A stretch of DNA of 64,000 nucleotides from Octopus sinensis (lineage: Eukaryota). Made by a program: the position numbers and the translations under genes. Below, one piece after another: positions 1-13,205 of the stretch; the first letter of the stretch is position 1; every line of letters begins with the position of its first letter. The stretch lies in NCBI RefSeq assembly GCF_006345805.1, contig NC_043017.1, forward strand, positions 7,626,001 through 7,690,000. Direction: 5' to 3'. The notes beneath the pieces were generated by a model that searched no databases, was not told the origin of the DNA, and saw nothing but the letters and a program-made list of their open reading frames with translations.

Positions 1-1990
1 GTTTATCAGTAACTGAGGTCACAGCATTCACCCTGAATGGGACACCAGTCCATCACAGGATGACCCATTTACAGTCGAACTGACCAGAGTAATTGAAACA
101 CAAGTGGGGACAGAGGCCACATGTTAGGAAACCCAACATCCTGCATTACATGTTGGGCCTTGACCTGGAATGCACAAGGAATGTGCAGGAGGTAGGATAC
201 CAAAGCAGATTTGATAAGGCAGAAAGCAACTGGAGAGACATAGAAATGACCATCCAGAGTTAAGAACAGGGAGAAAAAGTTGTTGATGGACTATGCTTCA
301 TAGGGAATGAAGGGCCTTAAAGAAGAAGAGACATGAAGTGGTCACATCATCATCACCATCGTTTAACGTCCACTTTCCATGCTGGCATGGGTTGGACAGT
401 TTGACTGAGCACTGGCAAGCCCAGAGGCTGCACCAGGATCCAAGCTGATCTGGCAAGTTTCTGCAGCTGGATACTCTTCCTAACGCCAATCACTCCAAGA
501 GTGTAGTGGGTGCTTTTTACGTGCCACCAGCACGGGAACCAGTCAGGTGGCACTGGCAGTGACCATGCTCGTACAGTGGATGGAGACTGTAAAGGTAAGC
601 TTTCAATATTATCCTCTTCATTTGACAACCGTTAATGACATCTGACAAAGTTATCTTCATGTTGTTGATATCTATCTACCAATAATTTGTAACTTTTATA
701 TAGCATGTATGTATTATAGATTTGTTAATTACCTTTTTCCTACCAAATATTTTTTTAAAAAATACTTCTGTAATCAGCCCAATATCAAACAGGTGAGAGT
801 AGAAAAGCATAATCTGAAACTGATTTACAAACTGTCAAGTCTTTATTGATCTCAGCTGGTTTTCACTCATTTTATTTATAAGTTATAAACAATTTAAGGA
901 AGGCGAATAGCCAGGTGATTAAGGTATTGTGCTCCTGATGATAAGATTCTGGTTTTGATTCCTGAACAGGGAAGTGTGTTGAGTTCTTGAGCAAAGTATT
1001 TTATTTCACATTGCTCCAGTCCACTTAGTGATAAACAAGTTCCAGCAACGGACCAGCATTCTGATCAAAGAGGGAATGTTAGAATCTCAGTCTCTTACAT
1101 GCCACAGAAACCGGGTTAAGCTTTGGTTCCATGGATCCTAAGACTCATCACAGGCCTATATAAAATTTGTTTTACTTAAATTTTATATTCTTTTACTTGT
1201 TTCAGCAATGACTGCAGCCATGCTGGAGCATCGCCTTAAATGGTTTTAATTGAAGTCAATCCCAGGACTTATTTTTCGTAAACCTAGTACTTATTCTATC
1301 AGTGTCTTTTGCTGAACTGCTAAGTTACAGGGACAGAAAAACACCAACATTGGACACAAAGATACACACACACACACACATATATACAACAGGCTTCTTT
1401 CAGTTTCTGTATAACAAATCCACTCACAAAACTTTGGTTAGCCCGAGGCTATAGTAGAAGACCCAAGGTGCCACACAGTGGAACTGAACCACTACTCAAG
1501 GTGCCACACAGTGGGACTGAACCCAGAACCACATGGTTGGGAAGCAAGCTTCTTACTATACAACCACGCCAATGATAGTGCCACATAGAAAACACCCTAA
1601 GGTGGTTGGCATTAGGAAGGGCATTTGGCCATAGAAAACTAAGTCAAAACAGACTATGGAACTTAGTGCAGCCCCTGACCTTACTAGCCCTTGTTCAGCT
1701 GTCCAACCCATGCCAGAATGAAAAACACGTTTAAATGACGACAATGATTTAGGTTATATAAGAATCAATTGATAAAGTATACAGGAACCCATATATATAT
1801 ATATAAATGTGCCCATGTTTATGCCTAATCTCTTTATATCACATAACTTAGTAGTTTGACAAATAGATATCAATAAAAATGTACCAGACTGAAGGTTGGA
1901 GATTCACTAAAAATCTTTGAAGGCAGTGCCACAACAAGGCTGCACTCCAATGAGTGAAACTAGTAAAATGAAAGAATGAATGTTACTTAC

Positions 1991-2086
1991 TGTAATTTGG
2001 AGTGGCAATGTTCAATGGAGGCAGCAATGGTGCTTGGTGCAATGTAGCAACATGATGAGCAAGCTTCCATTTTATTACTTGAGAAT
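1991..2086 (-). CDS. PHIP/BRWD3: PHIP/BRWD3 coding exon 6 (DSQVIKWKLAHHVATLHQAPLLPPLNIATPNY); gene continues beyond the left edge
   Basis: Acceptor ctctctcttcag; donor gtaagt; phase 1/1 fits exon 5; resembles PHIP [21 protein letters not shown]. Confidence 0.88.
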
Positions 2087-2328
2087 CTGAAGAGAGAGAC
2101 AATATGTCGGTTAAGGGATTCATACATACATACATATACATATTCATACATACATACATACATATATATATACACATCAAATCATTTAAAAACTGATCAA
2201 ACCATTTTAAATAGACATTGCATAGACATCAAAACCAATCTATGTTGTAGATATTGTTTAGACTTTACACAACCAACATATGGTGTAGACAATGTGTAGA
2301 TGTCACACAACCAATAATGGATATTTGC

Positions 2329-2547
2329 TTAACCCTTTAGCATTTAAACCGGCCAAAAGTATTCTACCTGTTTTATGTTCAAATTGGCCAGATCTGGTCA
2401 CTCACACCAGCCCTACAATATCGTTTTAAAAATTAACAGCTACCTCATCAAAATCTCATAGCTACAAGATAATGCCTAATTAATTCAAGGCAATGTGGAT
2501 AAAAAAGGATTCATTCTGGCAGAATAATGCGAACACTAAAGGGTTAA
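2329..2547. mobile_element. piggyBac-like TTAA MITE; relatives at 27011-27227 and 43738-44164
   Basis: ttaa-CCCTTTAG ... CTAAAGGG-ttaa termini; shared internal sequence. Confidence 0.75.
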
Positions 2548-2831
2548 ACATCAAGGTACATGGATTATATACAAAAGATTATACACCCATATAACCAGAG
2601 ATGCCTTTTGGATCTTTCTACAACAGCAATATAGTAAAAATAGTAACAAAATTAGTCATATAATGGGTCCATCCATAACGATACCTTTAACATCTCATAA
2701 GGGACCAAACTGCAGATGGTTGGCTTTACTGATAAAGTTCACAGATCAATAGATCAATCAGGAAGAAGTAATAGAAAAAGAGAAACAAACCAACATCTTT
2801 AGTCGATTATTAATAATAATTAAAAATACTA

Positions 2832-3044
<213 letters not shown>

Positions 3045-6000
3045 CTAGAAAATAAAATTATAAAAAAACAAAAATCAAATCCAGAAACATTATCAACCAA
3101 CACTTGGAACACACACACATATATATATACCCCCATTCAACCACTGAAAAACTTTAATCAAATTAAAAGACATTGCACACACACTTTATCTCATGTTGCT
3201 CAAGTTCACTCAGCTGTGAAAATGAGTTGCAACATCACTGGTGCCAAGCTATATTGGCCTTTGCCTTTCCCTTGGATAACATTGGTGGCATAGAGAGGGG
3301 ATACTGGCATACATGGGTGACTGTTGGTCTTCCATAAACAACATTGCCCAGATTTGTGCCTCAGAGGGGAACTTTCTAGATGCAATCCCTTGGTCATTTG
3401 TGACCGAAGGGTATCTTTACCCTTTTTAGACATCAAAACCAATCTGTGCTATAGATATCTTTTAGACACCACACAACCAATGTATGATGAACATCTACTG
3501 ACTTATATTTGCATCTCTATAAAACTAATTTACAAAATAAATTAACTAAAAAATGTTGTATTAGCTTAATTTTCTAAGAGTTATCAGTTCCTAAGTGAGA
3601 ATGTCATTGCTGTTAGTGTAGAAATAAAGCTTCCTAATTTGGAATCAGTCTACTATTATATAATAACCAGAAATAAAATATTTGATGATGATTGGAGATC
3701 AAAATTATTGAAATGCAGTTTAGATGAAAATATTTAAAAAATATTTCATCTCTAAAAGATAAGGTTAATAGTCTAAAGAAAAAATGATTTCATTTTTGAA
3801 TACACATTCTGTATAAGATATGAAACATCCGAAGTTGATTTAGGACTTCAAATCAATTCTCACTGAAATTGCCTTCAACAGAATTTGATAGTTCCATATA
3901 TCTATTTTAGAAAAATTTTGTTGTTATACTTAAATCTTATAGTAAATACAGCTTAATAATATCTGAAAGAGAGACAAGACATTTGTAGAAAAATCAACAT
4001 ACTTAAAGAATGAGGCTTTGTTAAAGACACACCTATAGTCTAAATTTTCAGAATGATTTAGCCAGCATTTAATTCTTTAATATATATAAACCATGGATCA
4101 AATTCAGTTCTGGCTAAAATATATTCCAACATTTTGTAGAAAAATATTACCCTACACACGTACAGGTATTAAAAGATTAAAACTAAACATGCAACCAAGA
4201 TAATGCCAATATATTCTGCAGTTATGGTAGTGGCCCAAGTATGGAAAGGCATGGCCACCTTTAAGTCAGAACAGAATGAGAAATTAGCTTAAATTATCAA
4301 TGATATCTTTATCTTTTACTAAAAAGAATTTAATATCAGATTAACTTTACTCATCTCCAAATCCAATGCAAATTTGTCCAAAATATTAAAACCAGCTTAT
4401 CCTATATAACAGATTTATTATACAACCCATTGGGTTTTAACAATAAAAGCTAATTCATTCTTGTCCAACAAACATTACAATATCTAATTTGTAGGGATCA
4501 GATAAACAAAATCAGGCTCCAATCAGCCCAAACTAAATTTGTTGGACAAATATCTCAAACTAGAAACAAAAACAACCCCAAAATTTCCTACTTTTGGGCG
4601 ACATTTTTAAAAGTTTGATCAATCTCGCTTGAACCAAATAAAGAAGTGGGAGTCGTTTTAAATGACTATCACCTTCCATGAACGAGGAAGTCTTTATAAA
4701 AGATTTATAAAAACTATTAGATTCGGTTACAGCAAAATTACTGACTTCAAATTAAATTAAGAGGCGACTAACTATACTGTTTTGCACAGATCTCTAAAAA
4801 ATTTTTTTTAAATGACAACCGACATTAACATGGAATATCCATGTGATCTGCTTCTACAGAAGCTTGCTAACACAGATCTACATATATAGTTCCCATATTT
4901 CATGTATTCCGTGAGATTTGTCACCACTGTTATAAGATACTAATCAAAGGGAATCGGTAAAATTTAGAAACAGAAAAAGCAAGTGATAAATGAGAAACGG
5001 TAAGTGAAACAAAAGCCATCGTTTTAAGAGTTTAGTAGTAAAGCTGTAGTTATGTAAAACTAGTAGACAAGCGCTTTGTGAGGATGGTACACCAGGCCCG
5101 AAATTTATGGATACATGTCTAACATGAGAAATAAAGTTAGCGAAAGGTTTACACCAAACTATAGAAATTTTGGTCGGAATATATCAGTTGGAAACGAGCA
5201 GAGAAAATTATGTGAGTCATTTGGAGTGAGGTGTGTAAGCAAGAAATATACAAGAGCAAGGAAATAGACATTGCGTTAGAGTTTGAAGAAGCGAAACTTA
5301 GACGGCAGTAATAACTATTACTGCATTTTATTCTACCTTAACTATTAAATAAAACGGACGATGCGATAACAAGGGAGAAATAGGGTCGGATTGTTTAGTT
5401 TGAAAGCAGAAATGTTCGAGTCGAAATAAAGGATTTAATATCTAGGTCAAAACATCATGGCTTTCTGTGTGAACAACAAATGAAGGGGAGGAGAGAAAAG
5501 CCTCACTCACAATCGAGGAGGATATCAGCTATAGAAGGAACTAGTCAGAGCAGAATGCGATTATTCATAGATTTCGTAGAAGGATCAGTAAAACAGAAAT
5601 TCGAATCAGACATTTATTTAATTCCTCGGCAATGTTTAATGTAACAACAGTCGCCATGACTAATGTTGAGAGGGACTAATGTTTCAAGACTAAACGATGG
5701 CCGAAACTGCCGACGAACAGAGAGAATAGGTCAACGATTGAAATACGATGCAAAGACAAACTACGACTGGTTACCAACAGATTCGGAACAATCGAAAGAT
5801 TGCACATTTAATTAATGGTCAATAGGAATTTATTTGTGAAATCCTCAAACACCGCCAATGGTCGTCGCTTTACTTCAAATGTTATGGCGAGATCGGACCA
5901 TCTTTCAACACGGAAGAACATAGCAGACACACACGCACACACACACATTCCGATCGATTCCAAACACAATATAATTCATTTTAGAATATTTTCTTAATAA

Positions 6001-7349
6001 AACCAAAGAAAAAAAAAAGAGAAATTCATCGCAAATATAACATTTCAAATCCGTTTCCAACGAAATGCTTCCTGATCCCTCATAAAAAAAAAACATTTGC
6101 TGTCACACAAATCAGGTGTACAACACAAAAACATGTGATTATTTTGGAAAATCTAATATTTTCCGGGATTTATTATTCTTTAAAAATATCTAGAAGAATA
6201 GGTCGAGAAGAAAAATCCCCGAATTTGTTGCGAGAACAAAAGCAATTTAGCAGTTTTGATGGGAAATATAAACAGAGGAACAGGTAAAGAAAAAACCTCG
6301 TGGAAGTCGCACTCCAAAATAAACATTTTCTCAGTTTATAAACACAACATCATATGGCAAGCTATTTCCCAACACCAATTATCACTACAATTTGGTTTTA
6401 AATAAGATTTTCACTGCTTTTCCCATCCACAAACTTTTAACTGATTATTTTATTTGAAATATTTAATTTTCAACAACTAAATATTTTATTCTGAGCAGAT
6501 CTAAGTAAAAAGAAATTAATTTAAAACCAGAAAATTTGGTTTAAAAACTCGTCTGAAAAATAGAGACGAAGTCTTTTTATGTAGCTTCAGAAATGAGGAC
6601 GGGCAAGAAATTAATTTAGTCGTTGGTATTGAAATAAAGCATCTTGGAGCAGTAAGGAACTATTGTGGAAATTTTAAAAAATATACATTATGGGTGGGGA
6701 AGCGATATTTAATATGAGGAAATATGTGAGTGTGGAAAAATATGTTGGGCGAAAACCGTCATAGAAAATTGATAAGGCCACTGTGGGTTTGAGGAGGAAA
6801 CTTAATTTTGTAGTGAAGTGTGAGAGACGAATAAAGCAGCCAATCAGATCGCACGTTTGTCAGAGACGGTCGCGAGGAAACATAAGTAATGCGAGAGAGG
6901 AAAGGGGGTTTCGCCGTGACACGAAACAGTAGGCGGATTTTGATTGGCTGTCACGCACAGTTCGCCCGTGATATCATCATCATTGTCGTCGTCTTCTTTC
7001 TTCCAAAACCTCGATATTTCGTGTTGTTGTAGGACACAAACAAGAGGAATACTTCCCACCCGTCTCTATCTTCACCCCACCACACACACACAGGCACTCA
7101 CTCAGCCAAACTCGATATAAGCATATCAAAATAATTAACTAAAACTAACCATTAAAAGACGTCTTTTTTTTCCGCGATATATTCAGCAGATGAGTTCAAA
7201 CTCTTACCTCCGCCCAAATTTTTCTTTCTTTAAAAAAATACCTATTTCCACCTTTCACTTCGAAACCAAATTCTTCGTATTGTAAACATAAAAAATAAAA
7301 TTTTTAAAGTTTGGTAGGTTTTTTTTTTTTCTCTCCAAACAAAACTCAC

Positions 7350-7409
7350 CAAGTTTTCGTAAGTTTTCAAATGTTCTCCGCCTTTCCAATCAAGTCTTTT
7401 GGGTAAAAG
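7350..7409 (-). CDS. PHIP/BRWD3: PHIP/BRWD3 coding exon 4 (LLPKRLDWKGGEHLKTYENL)
   Basis: Acceptor ttcttccag; donor gtgagt; 60 nt; matches PHIP [20 protein letters not shown]. Confidence 0.95.
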
Positions 7410-7762
7410 CTGGAAGAATAATGAAAAGAAAACAAGAGATTTATAAAATATATACGGAGAAATGAAAGAACAGAAAAAAAAAAAGAAACAGGAAAAAAAA
7501 TGAGCAAGAAAGTGAAAGCGGAAAGGAAAAGGGGGCAAGGAAGAAAGAAAAGGGAAAGTTTTGGAGAAGAGAAGAAGAGGAATTAAGGTGGAAAATAAGT
7601 TTTTAAAAGAAATGTGGAGATGATTGAGGAATTTTTTTTGTGTGGGGGGGTGAAATTAAAGCGTCCAGTGAGTCTGGTTACTAGGCAGCCAGGAGAAGAA
7701 AAAAAAAAGAAGTAAAAACGTGCGTGGAGGCCCGCGAGCGATTCTCAGGGCAACCCGTTTAC

Positions 7763-7792
7763 CTTGTGTTGGTGTATCTCTTGACGCAACAC
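7763..7792 (-). CDS. PHIP/BRWD3: PHIP/BRWD3 coding exon 3, 30-nt microexon (VLRQEIHQHK)
   Basis: Acceptor tttttacag; donor AAG|gtaaac; phase 0/0; aligns with PHIP VLIREVAEKE. Confidence 0.9.
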
Positions 7793-8059
7793 CTGTAAAA
7801 ATAAGAAGAAAAAAAGACAGGGGTTACATAAATAATAATTAAGGAAATAAAGAAAGAAATGCTGAGATAAAATATTTAAGGAGAAGAAAAAAAGGGGAAA
7901 GATTTAAAAAGAAAACACGCGAAGAGAGGAATCGGTCGGATCTTTTTCTCTTTAAATCGTAGGGTTTTTTTCTTTAAATATTAAACAATAGAAGGGTTTC
8001 TTTTAATTATTAAACTATAATGGGGGAATTTTTTTAATACTTGTACAATAATCACTTAC

Positions 8060-8118
8060 TTCAGCTGCCTTGCTACACGGCCCAGACTCCAGAAACTTGG
8101 CAATTAGAAAGTAGAGCT
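8060..8118 (-). CDS. PHIP/BRWD3: PHIP/BRWD3 coding exon 2 (ELYFLIAKFLESGPCSKAAE)
   Basis: Polypyrimidine tract then ttttgcag acceptor; gtaagt donor; 59 nt; close to PHIP [20 protein letters not shown] (LisH-like region). Confidence 0.95.
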
Positions 8119-8479
8119 CTGCAAAAAGGAAAACAGAAAGTGAGAGTCTTGTTTATATTGTGGTTTATTACTATTAAACATTATTATTATTGTGTTCGGT
8201 GCCCTTCCTGGGGGAACCATACACACCTATCTATATATAATATAATATATATAAATGTATATAGATATATAGTGAGGGTATAGGTTTCTGATATGACATT
8301 TGTTTTATTGCCCCCTACAAACACATGTAAATATATAAAAAGATAACAAACAACGGTGGTCGCAGTCGTCGGAGGGGTTTTTCTTTTGCTTTTTGCTTTT
8401 CAGGAAAACCTCAAGACACACACACCGAAAGGGAAATAAAACACAAAATAACAATAATAAATCTGTTTTATACACTTAC

Positions 8480-8528
8480 CTAGTTCTAATTGCGTTCCAC
8501 CTTTATCTCCGCCTCTTTCCTCCGACAT
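8480..8528 (-). CDS. PHIP/BRWD3: PHIP/BRWD1/BRWD3-family bromodomain-WD40 protein, coding exon 1 (MSEERGGDKGGTQLEL)
   Basis: ATG at 8528-8526; donor G|gtaagt at 8479; phase 1 joins exon 2 to give ELELYFLIAKFL, matching the PHIP N-terminus ([11 protein letters not shown]). Confidence 0.9.
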
Positions 8529-8529
8529 A

Positions 8530-9100
8530 TTCAGATTCTATATGTTTGCATGCCTTACTAGTTGTACGCTGTTGTATTAAGAATTAGTGAACTAGCCATA
8601 GCCATATTTTATGGAGTAGTCATTGAGCGAACAACGACATTCGCCGCCCGAACTATTTACATGCGTATTAATATCTCCCATTGCTTCGTACAGCGGCGCC
8701 TGACGTTTGTTGTTTTTGTTTCATTTTTCGTCCTTCGCTTATTTTTATGTTTGTTTTATTTATTTCTTTATTTTTTTTACTTCCGCACTATATTGCCAAT
8801 TCGTTTTTCACTGCACGGCAAGCAACTTAATACTTATTTTAGCCATAAACGTATTTTATTACTGCTGTATTCTTATGAATTTAGCGTAACACATGATTTT
8901 TTCTTCTCTACTACATATCTCTATGTTCGATCGATACCGCACTATTTTTCTTTTATTCAGCTAGCGAGATAGTGTGAGTGCAGTGGTAGGAAGAGGGGAG
9001 GTAATGTTTTAACGTTAATGGCTGCTAGTCAGTTAGCAACGTCATCATAAAGAATAGCCACAGCCCCCGATGTCGTTCAGCTCGAACGAACGGGTGAGTA
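8530..9100. promoter_or_regulatory. CpG-rich promoter region of PHIP/BRWD3, probably bidirectional, with a plus-strand first exon ending at 9093
   Basis: CpG visibly denser than in flanking introns; lies just upstream of the BRWD ATG; strong plus-strand donor CGG|gtgagt at 9094. Confidence 0.55.
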
Positions 9101-11599
9101 CAAATATCAAAGCGAATAGCACAATTTATTTTATTTTTAACTTATTAAATTAAAGCAAAAAGATTTTTTTTTCTTTTTATGTAATAAAAAAATATTAAAG
9201 CCATGCTTAAAAGGGAAACCAAAAGGAGAAAGACTTAGTATAGTAATTACTACTATCAAGTAAGGAGTCATGTAGTTTGTAATCGAAACCTGAGATGTGA
9301 CATTTCAGGACGGAGAAACTTAATGGTTAAAAGGTTTTATTTTATTTTATTTTCTATTCTTACTGAAAGACGGAAACAGTAATTATAATTAAAAATCATA
9401 GTAATATTAATAATAATGAATATGAAACTATAATGTGTTTCATGACGGAAGAGGCCGACTCCTAACTTCGCTATAATAAGTAAACAGCCGCAAACGCTAG
9501 TTTGATAGTAAGTGGGGGAAAAAGTAAAGGGAAATAAGATGCTGGGTCATTCATGTATTCCCAAAGAGTATTATTAGGCAATGTGAGAGGAAAATAAAAT
9601 AAAATAACTCTGGATATGAAACCGGATCATTGATTCGCCCTGCCAAGAGTTTTATCGAGTGTCGCCTCTACGCTATAGTAATCATAATGGCTGCAGAGAT
9701 TATGGCGAGTGTGAGTTCACGTGTGTGTATGCAATAACAGTGGGTTTCTGTATGTGCGTGATGAGCTAGCAAGCTACTACACTGGTCCCAATGTTGGGGT
9801 ACATTATTCCGCTAGATTATCCACTAAATCGACTAAGCTGACTAAACAGCTGGCACACGCATTTCCTCGACCAATCCTTTTTCTCTTTACTTTTCCGGGT
9901 ATTCTTCGTTTTTCGTTTGGATTCATTTTTTTTTATAGTTACTTTGTCTTTTATTTCATGTGAACAGAAAAATATCTGAAACTGACATTAAATTCGTTTT
10001 TGCCTTCTATTAACCCTAAGATTTTTCGTTTCGTTATTTTTATATAGACCAACATAATTTATCTTTATCATCTGGTTTAGAATCATTATTTTTATGTAGG
10101 AGGAGTGTCATAGCATCTATTATATTTGGGGTTCTTTTTTCTATCTGGTAGATAGTGGTATTGGAGTGTTGGATATATACATGTGTGTGCATGTTAGTAT
10201 AACCTTATCTTCAGAAAATGCTTGTATATTCAATAGATTAATAATGTCCCAGTAGCGGAGGTTATATGCAAGTAAGGAATTATAAGAGAAATATTGAGAT
10301 AGACAGATAGTTATATAGATATACACACACATATATATATTCTTATACATGTATATGTAATCTAATACTTTTTATGTATATAATAATCTTATGGATAGAT
10401 AGATATATATATATGTCCATGATTATATATAATCCAATTTCTATGTCCAATTTACAGTCCATTTTAAATACATATATATAATCTGTATAATCCTGTTTAT
10501 ATAAGCATATAAATCATTATATATATGAATATATACAATACAATCTAATTTATTTAATATATATACTTAAAGTATAATTTATATAATCATTAATATGATA
10601 GATAGATAGAGCTGTATACAAATATTGACCCACTATACATATATAATTATGTTACTGGATATGGTATACCATAACCAGTAATATATTGGTGGACAATATA
10701 AAAGTATACTTGTTCTATAATATTGAGTGTGCTATTACTTCTCATATATGGACAACTACCTGAATATATATACATATATACACACAAAAATAATGGGTGT
10801 TTAATGAGTATATAATATATTTATAATATAGTTAAGTTAATTTTTTGGCTCAAAAAGCAAGGCCATGTAGGGGGACATGGAGTTATGTACAGGGGTCAAG
10901 TAAGTTAGGGGTTATGGATCCAACCCACTAAGGGATAATACTTATACAATATACTGTTGGTATAATACCCAAATTCTTAATATACAAGTGTTTTTAATTG
11001 CAATGCAATTAACTTACTTATTGTATTAAATGGGTGAAGGTAAAGAAATATTTTACCATTAATTTATAATACAAATAAGAAAATGGAGAAACATGGGTAT
11101 CATGGAGAACGGAGGCTGGTATGCATGGTTGACTGCTAGTCTTCCATAAAACAACCTTGCCTGGACTTGTGCCTCGGAGGGGAACTTTTTAGGGGCAATT
11201 CCATAGACATTCATGCTCGGTTCACGAATCAAAACCACAATCTTACAATCATGAATCCAATGCTTATTTATACTTATATATGCACATACACCTGATAATC
11301 ATGATGAACATGTAAAGATACATGTATATAGGTGCAGGAGTGGCTGTGTGGTAAGTTGCTTGCTTACCAATCACATGGTTCCGGGTCCAGTTGCACTGCA
11401 TGACACCTTGGAAAAGTGTCTTCTACTATAGCCTTGGGCCATGGATTTGGTAGATGGAAAATGAAAAGCCCATCATGTGGGTATATGTTTTCCCCCCACC
11501 CCACCCCAACATCACTTGACAACCGATGCTGGTGTGTTTACGTCCCCGTAATTAAGCGGTTCGGCAAAAGAGACAATAAAATAAGTACTGGGCTTATTA

Positions 11600-12187
11600 T
11601 GTGCCCTATACATAATAATCAAGGGGTTGCAGTCTGGGTAATTAGATGGCCAGATGTTAGGGGTGATGTGGTTGCAGAAATTGTCTGATAGCCATAACTG
11701 GGTTCTCCTGCTTGTGTAGCATGGGGCATAGTCCTGTTGACAGACATATGGTCATCCAGCAGCCACCCTCTTCACCCAGGGCAACACTACTGCCTCCAGG
11801 CACTTGATGTAGGCCTCCATGTTGAGTTTGAGGCCGTGTGGGAAGATGAATGGAGGCATAACATCACCATTACTAGTGATCACTCCAAACACCATGATGT
11901 TGACTGGATGTTTGATTTTTATCACTCTCGGTACATGTTTTGGGGACACAGCAAGCCAATGGTTGTTCTGTGTATTCACCATCTGTTCCTATTGGAGCTT
12001 CTGGTGTGAATGCCAAGCAGTACAGCATGTTGTTTCTAAATTTCTGGCAGAGTGAATTGCATCATGGTGCTCTTTTTCTCACAGACTGCCCAACTGACCC
12101 TACTATACTGTGTAGTCAGCAAAATCAAAAACAAACGATATGAAATTAACAATATAAAATGGCAACAATTTACCCATTGCACCCATA
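11600..12187 (-). mobile_element. Degenerate Tc1/mariner-superfamily transposase fossil (maT/DD37D-like)
   Basis: ORF 11752-11982 KHPVNIMVFGVITSNGDVMPPFIF...VVLPWVK, followed by QQD..P and WPSNYPDCNP (WPPxSPDxNP motif); broken by frameshifts. Confidence 0.8.
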
Positions 12188-12294
12188 CAAGGAGGTGCTG
12201 AAAAGTTCTCAGCTTTGGGTAAAAGAAAATACAGGAAGATCAGGCCTTTCACAATACCCTTAAAGCCAGAAACTTTTCACCACCCACTCATATA

Positions 12295-12475
12295 TGATAT
12301 ATACATGTATATATATATGTGTGTGTGTTTATATATATATATACCTGTGTGTGTGTGTATGTCTATGTGTTTATATATATATATATATGTATGTATGTAT
12401 ATATATATATATATGTGTGTGTGTATATATTTATATATATGTATATATATATATATATAACATACACACACACAC
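12295..12475. repeat. (TA)n/(TG)n microsatellite
   Basis: Seen directly. Confidence 0.95.
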
Positions 12476-13205
12476 GAGGGGCAGCTGAAAAGTTCAAAGG
12501 CTGATGAAGATACTCTCATGGAATATGACTAAATGAGGTTTATTTTTCAGCATACTCCCCCCTTGCAGTCAACATACTTCCATTGATGTTGCAGTGCTTG
12601 AATCTCATCGGTGAAGAAGCTGTCATTCTGTTGATCAAAAACAACATCAATAGCAAATGTGATTTTCCTTATCACTGTGATACTGGTTCCCAGCCAAGTG
12701 GGTTTTTCATGTTGGAGAGTAGATGATAGTCAAATCAGAAGAGTAAGGAGAGTGGTCAGCCATTTCAAAGTCATAGTCATGCACAGCGGCCTTTAAAACC
12801 AAGGACTTGTGTATTGGAGCATTGTTCTAATGAAATAAGACCCCTTTTGTCAATTTCTCTGATAGCCTTTTGTAACTGCCTCAGCAAATTGGTATAGTAC
12901 TCTCCCACGATGGTGTGGCTCTTTTGAAGATAGTCAATAGACACAATGTCTTTTGCATTCCAAAAAACTGAAGCTATCACCTTCCCTGCAGATGAAAGGA
13001 TGTTGGCTTTCTTTAGAATAGGTGAGGAGGTGGGGTTTCCACTGCATGGATTGCCTTTTTGTCTCTGGCTCAAAGTGATGAAGTCAACACTCATCCTTGG
13101 TTAAGAAATGTTCCAGGAAAGCAAATGTGCCTCAATGTCAGATTTTCCTGTGATGTGATCAGCTTTGTGCACTTTTGATCAGGTGTCGGAAGATATGGCA
13201 CCCAT
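12474..13205 (-). mobile_element. Degenerate mariner transposase fossil
   Basis: SAGKVIASVFWNAKDIVSIDYLQKSHTIVGEYYTNLLRQL is typical mariner; mariner-like end (c)acgagggg..tgaaaagttc at 12474. Confidence 0.85.

Noticed and set aside
8562-8972. 136-aa hydrophobic plus-strand ORF in the BRWD promoter
   Set aside because: Phe/Leu/Tyr bias comes from T-rich sequence; non-ATG start; no recognisable family
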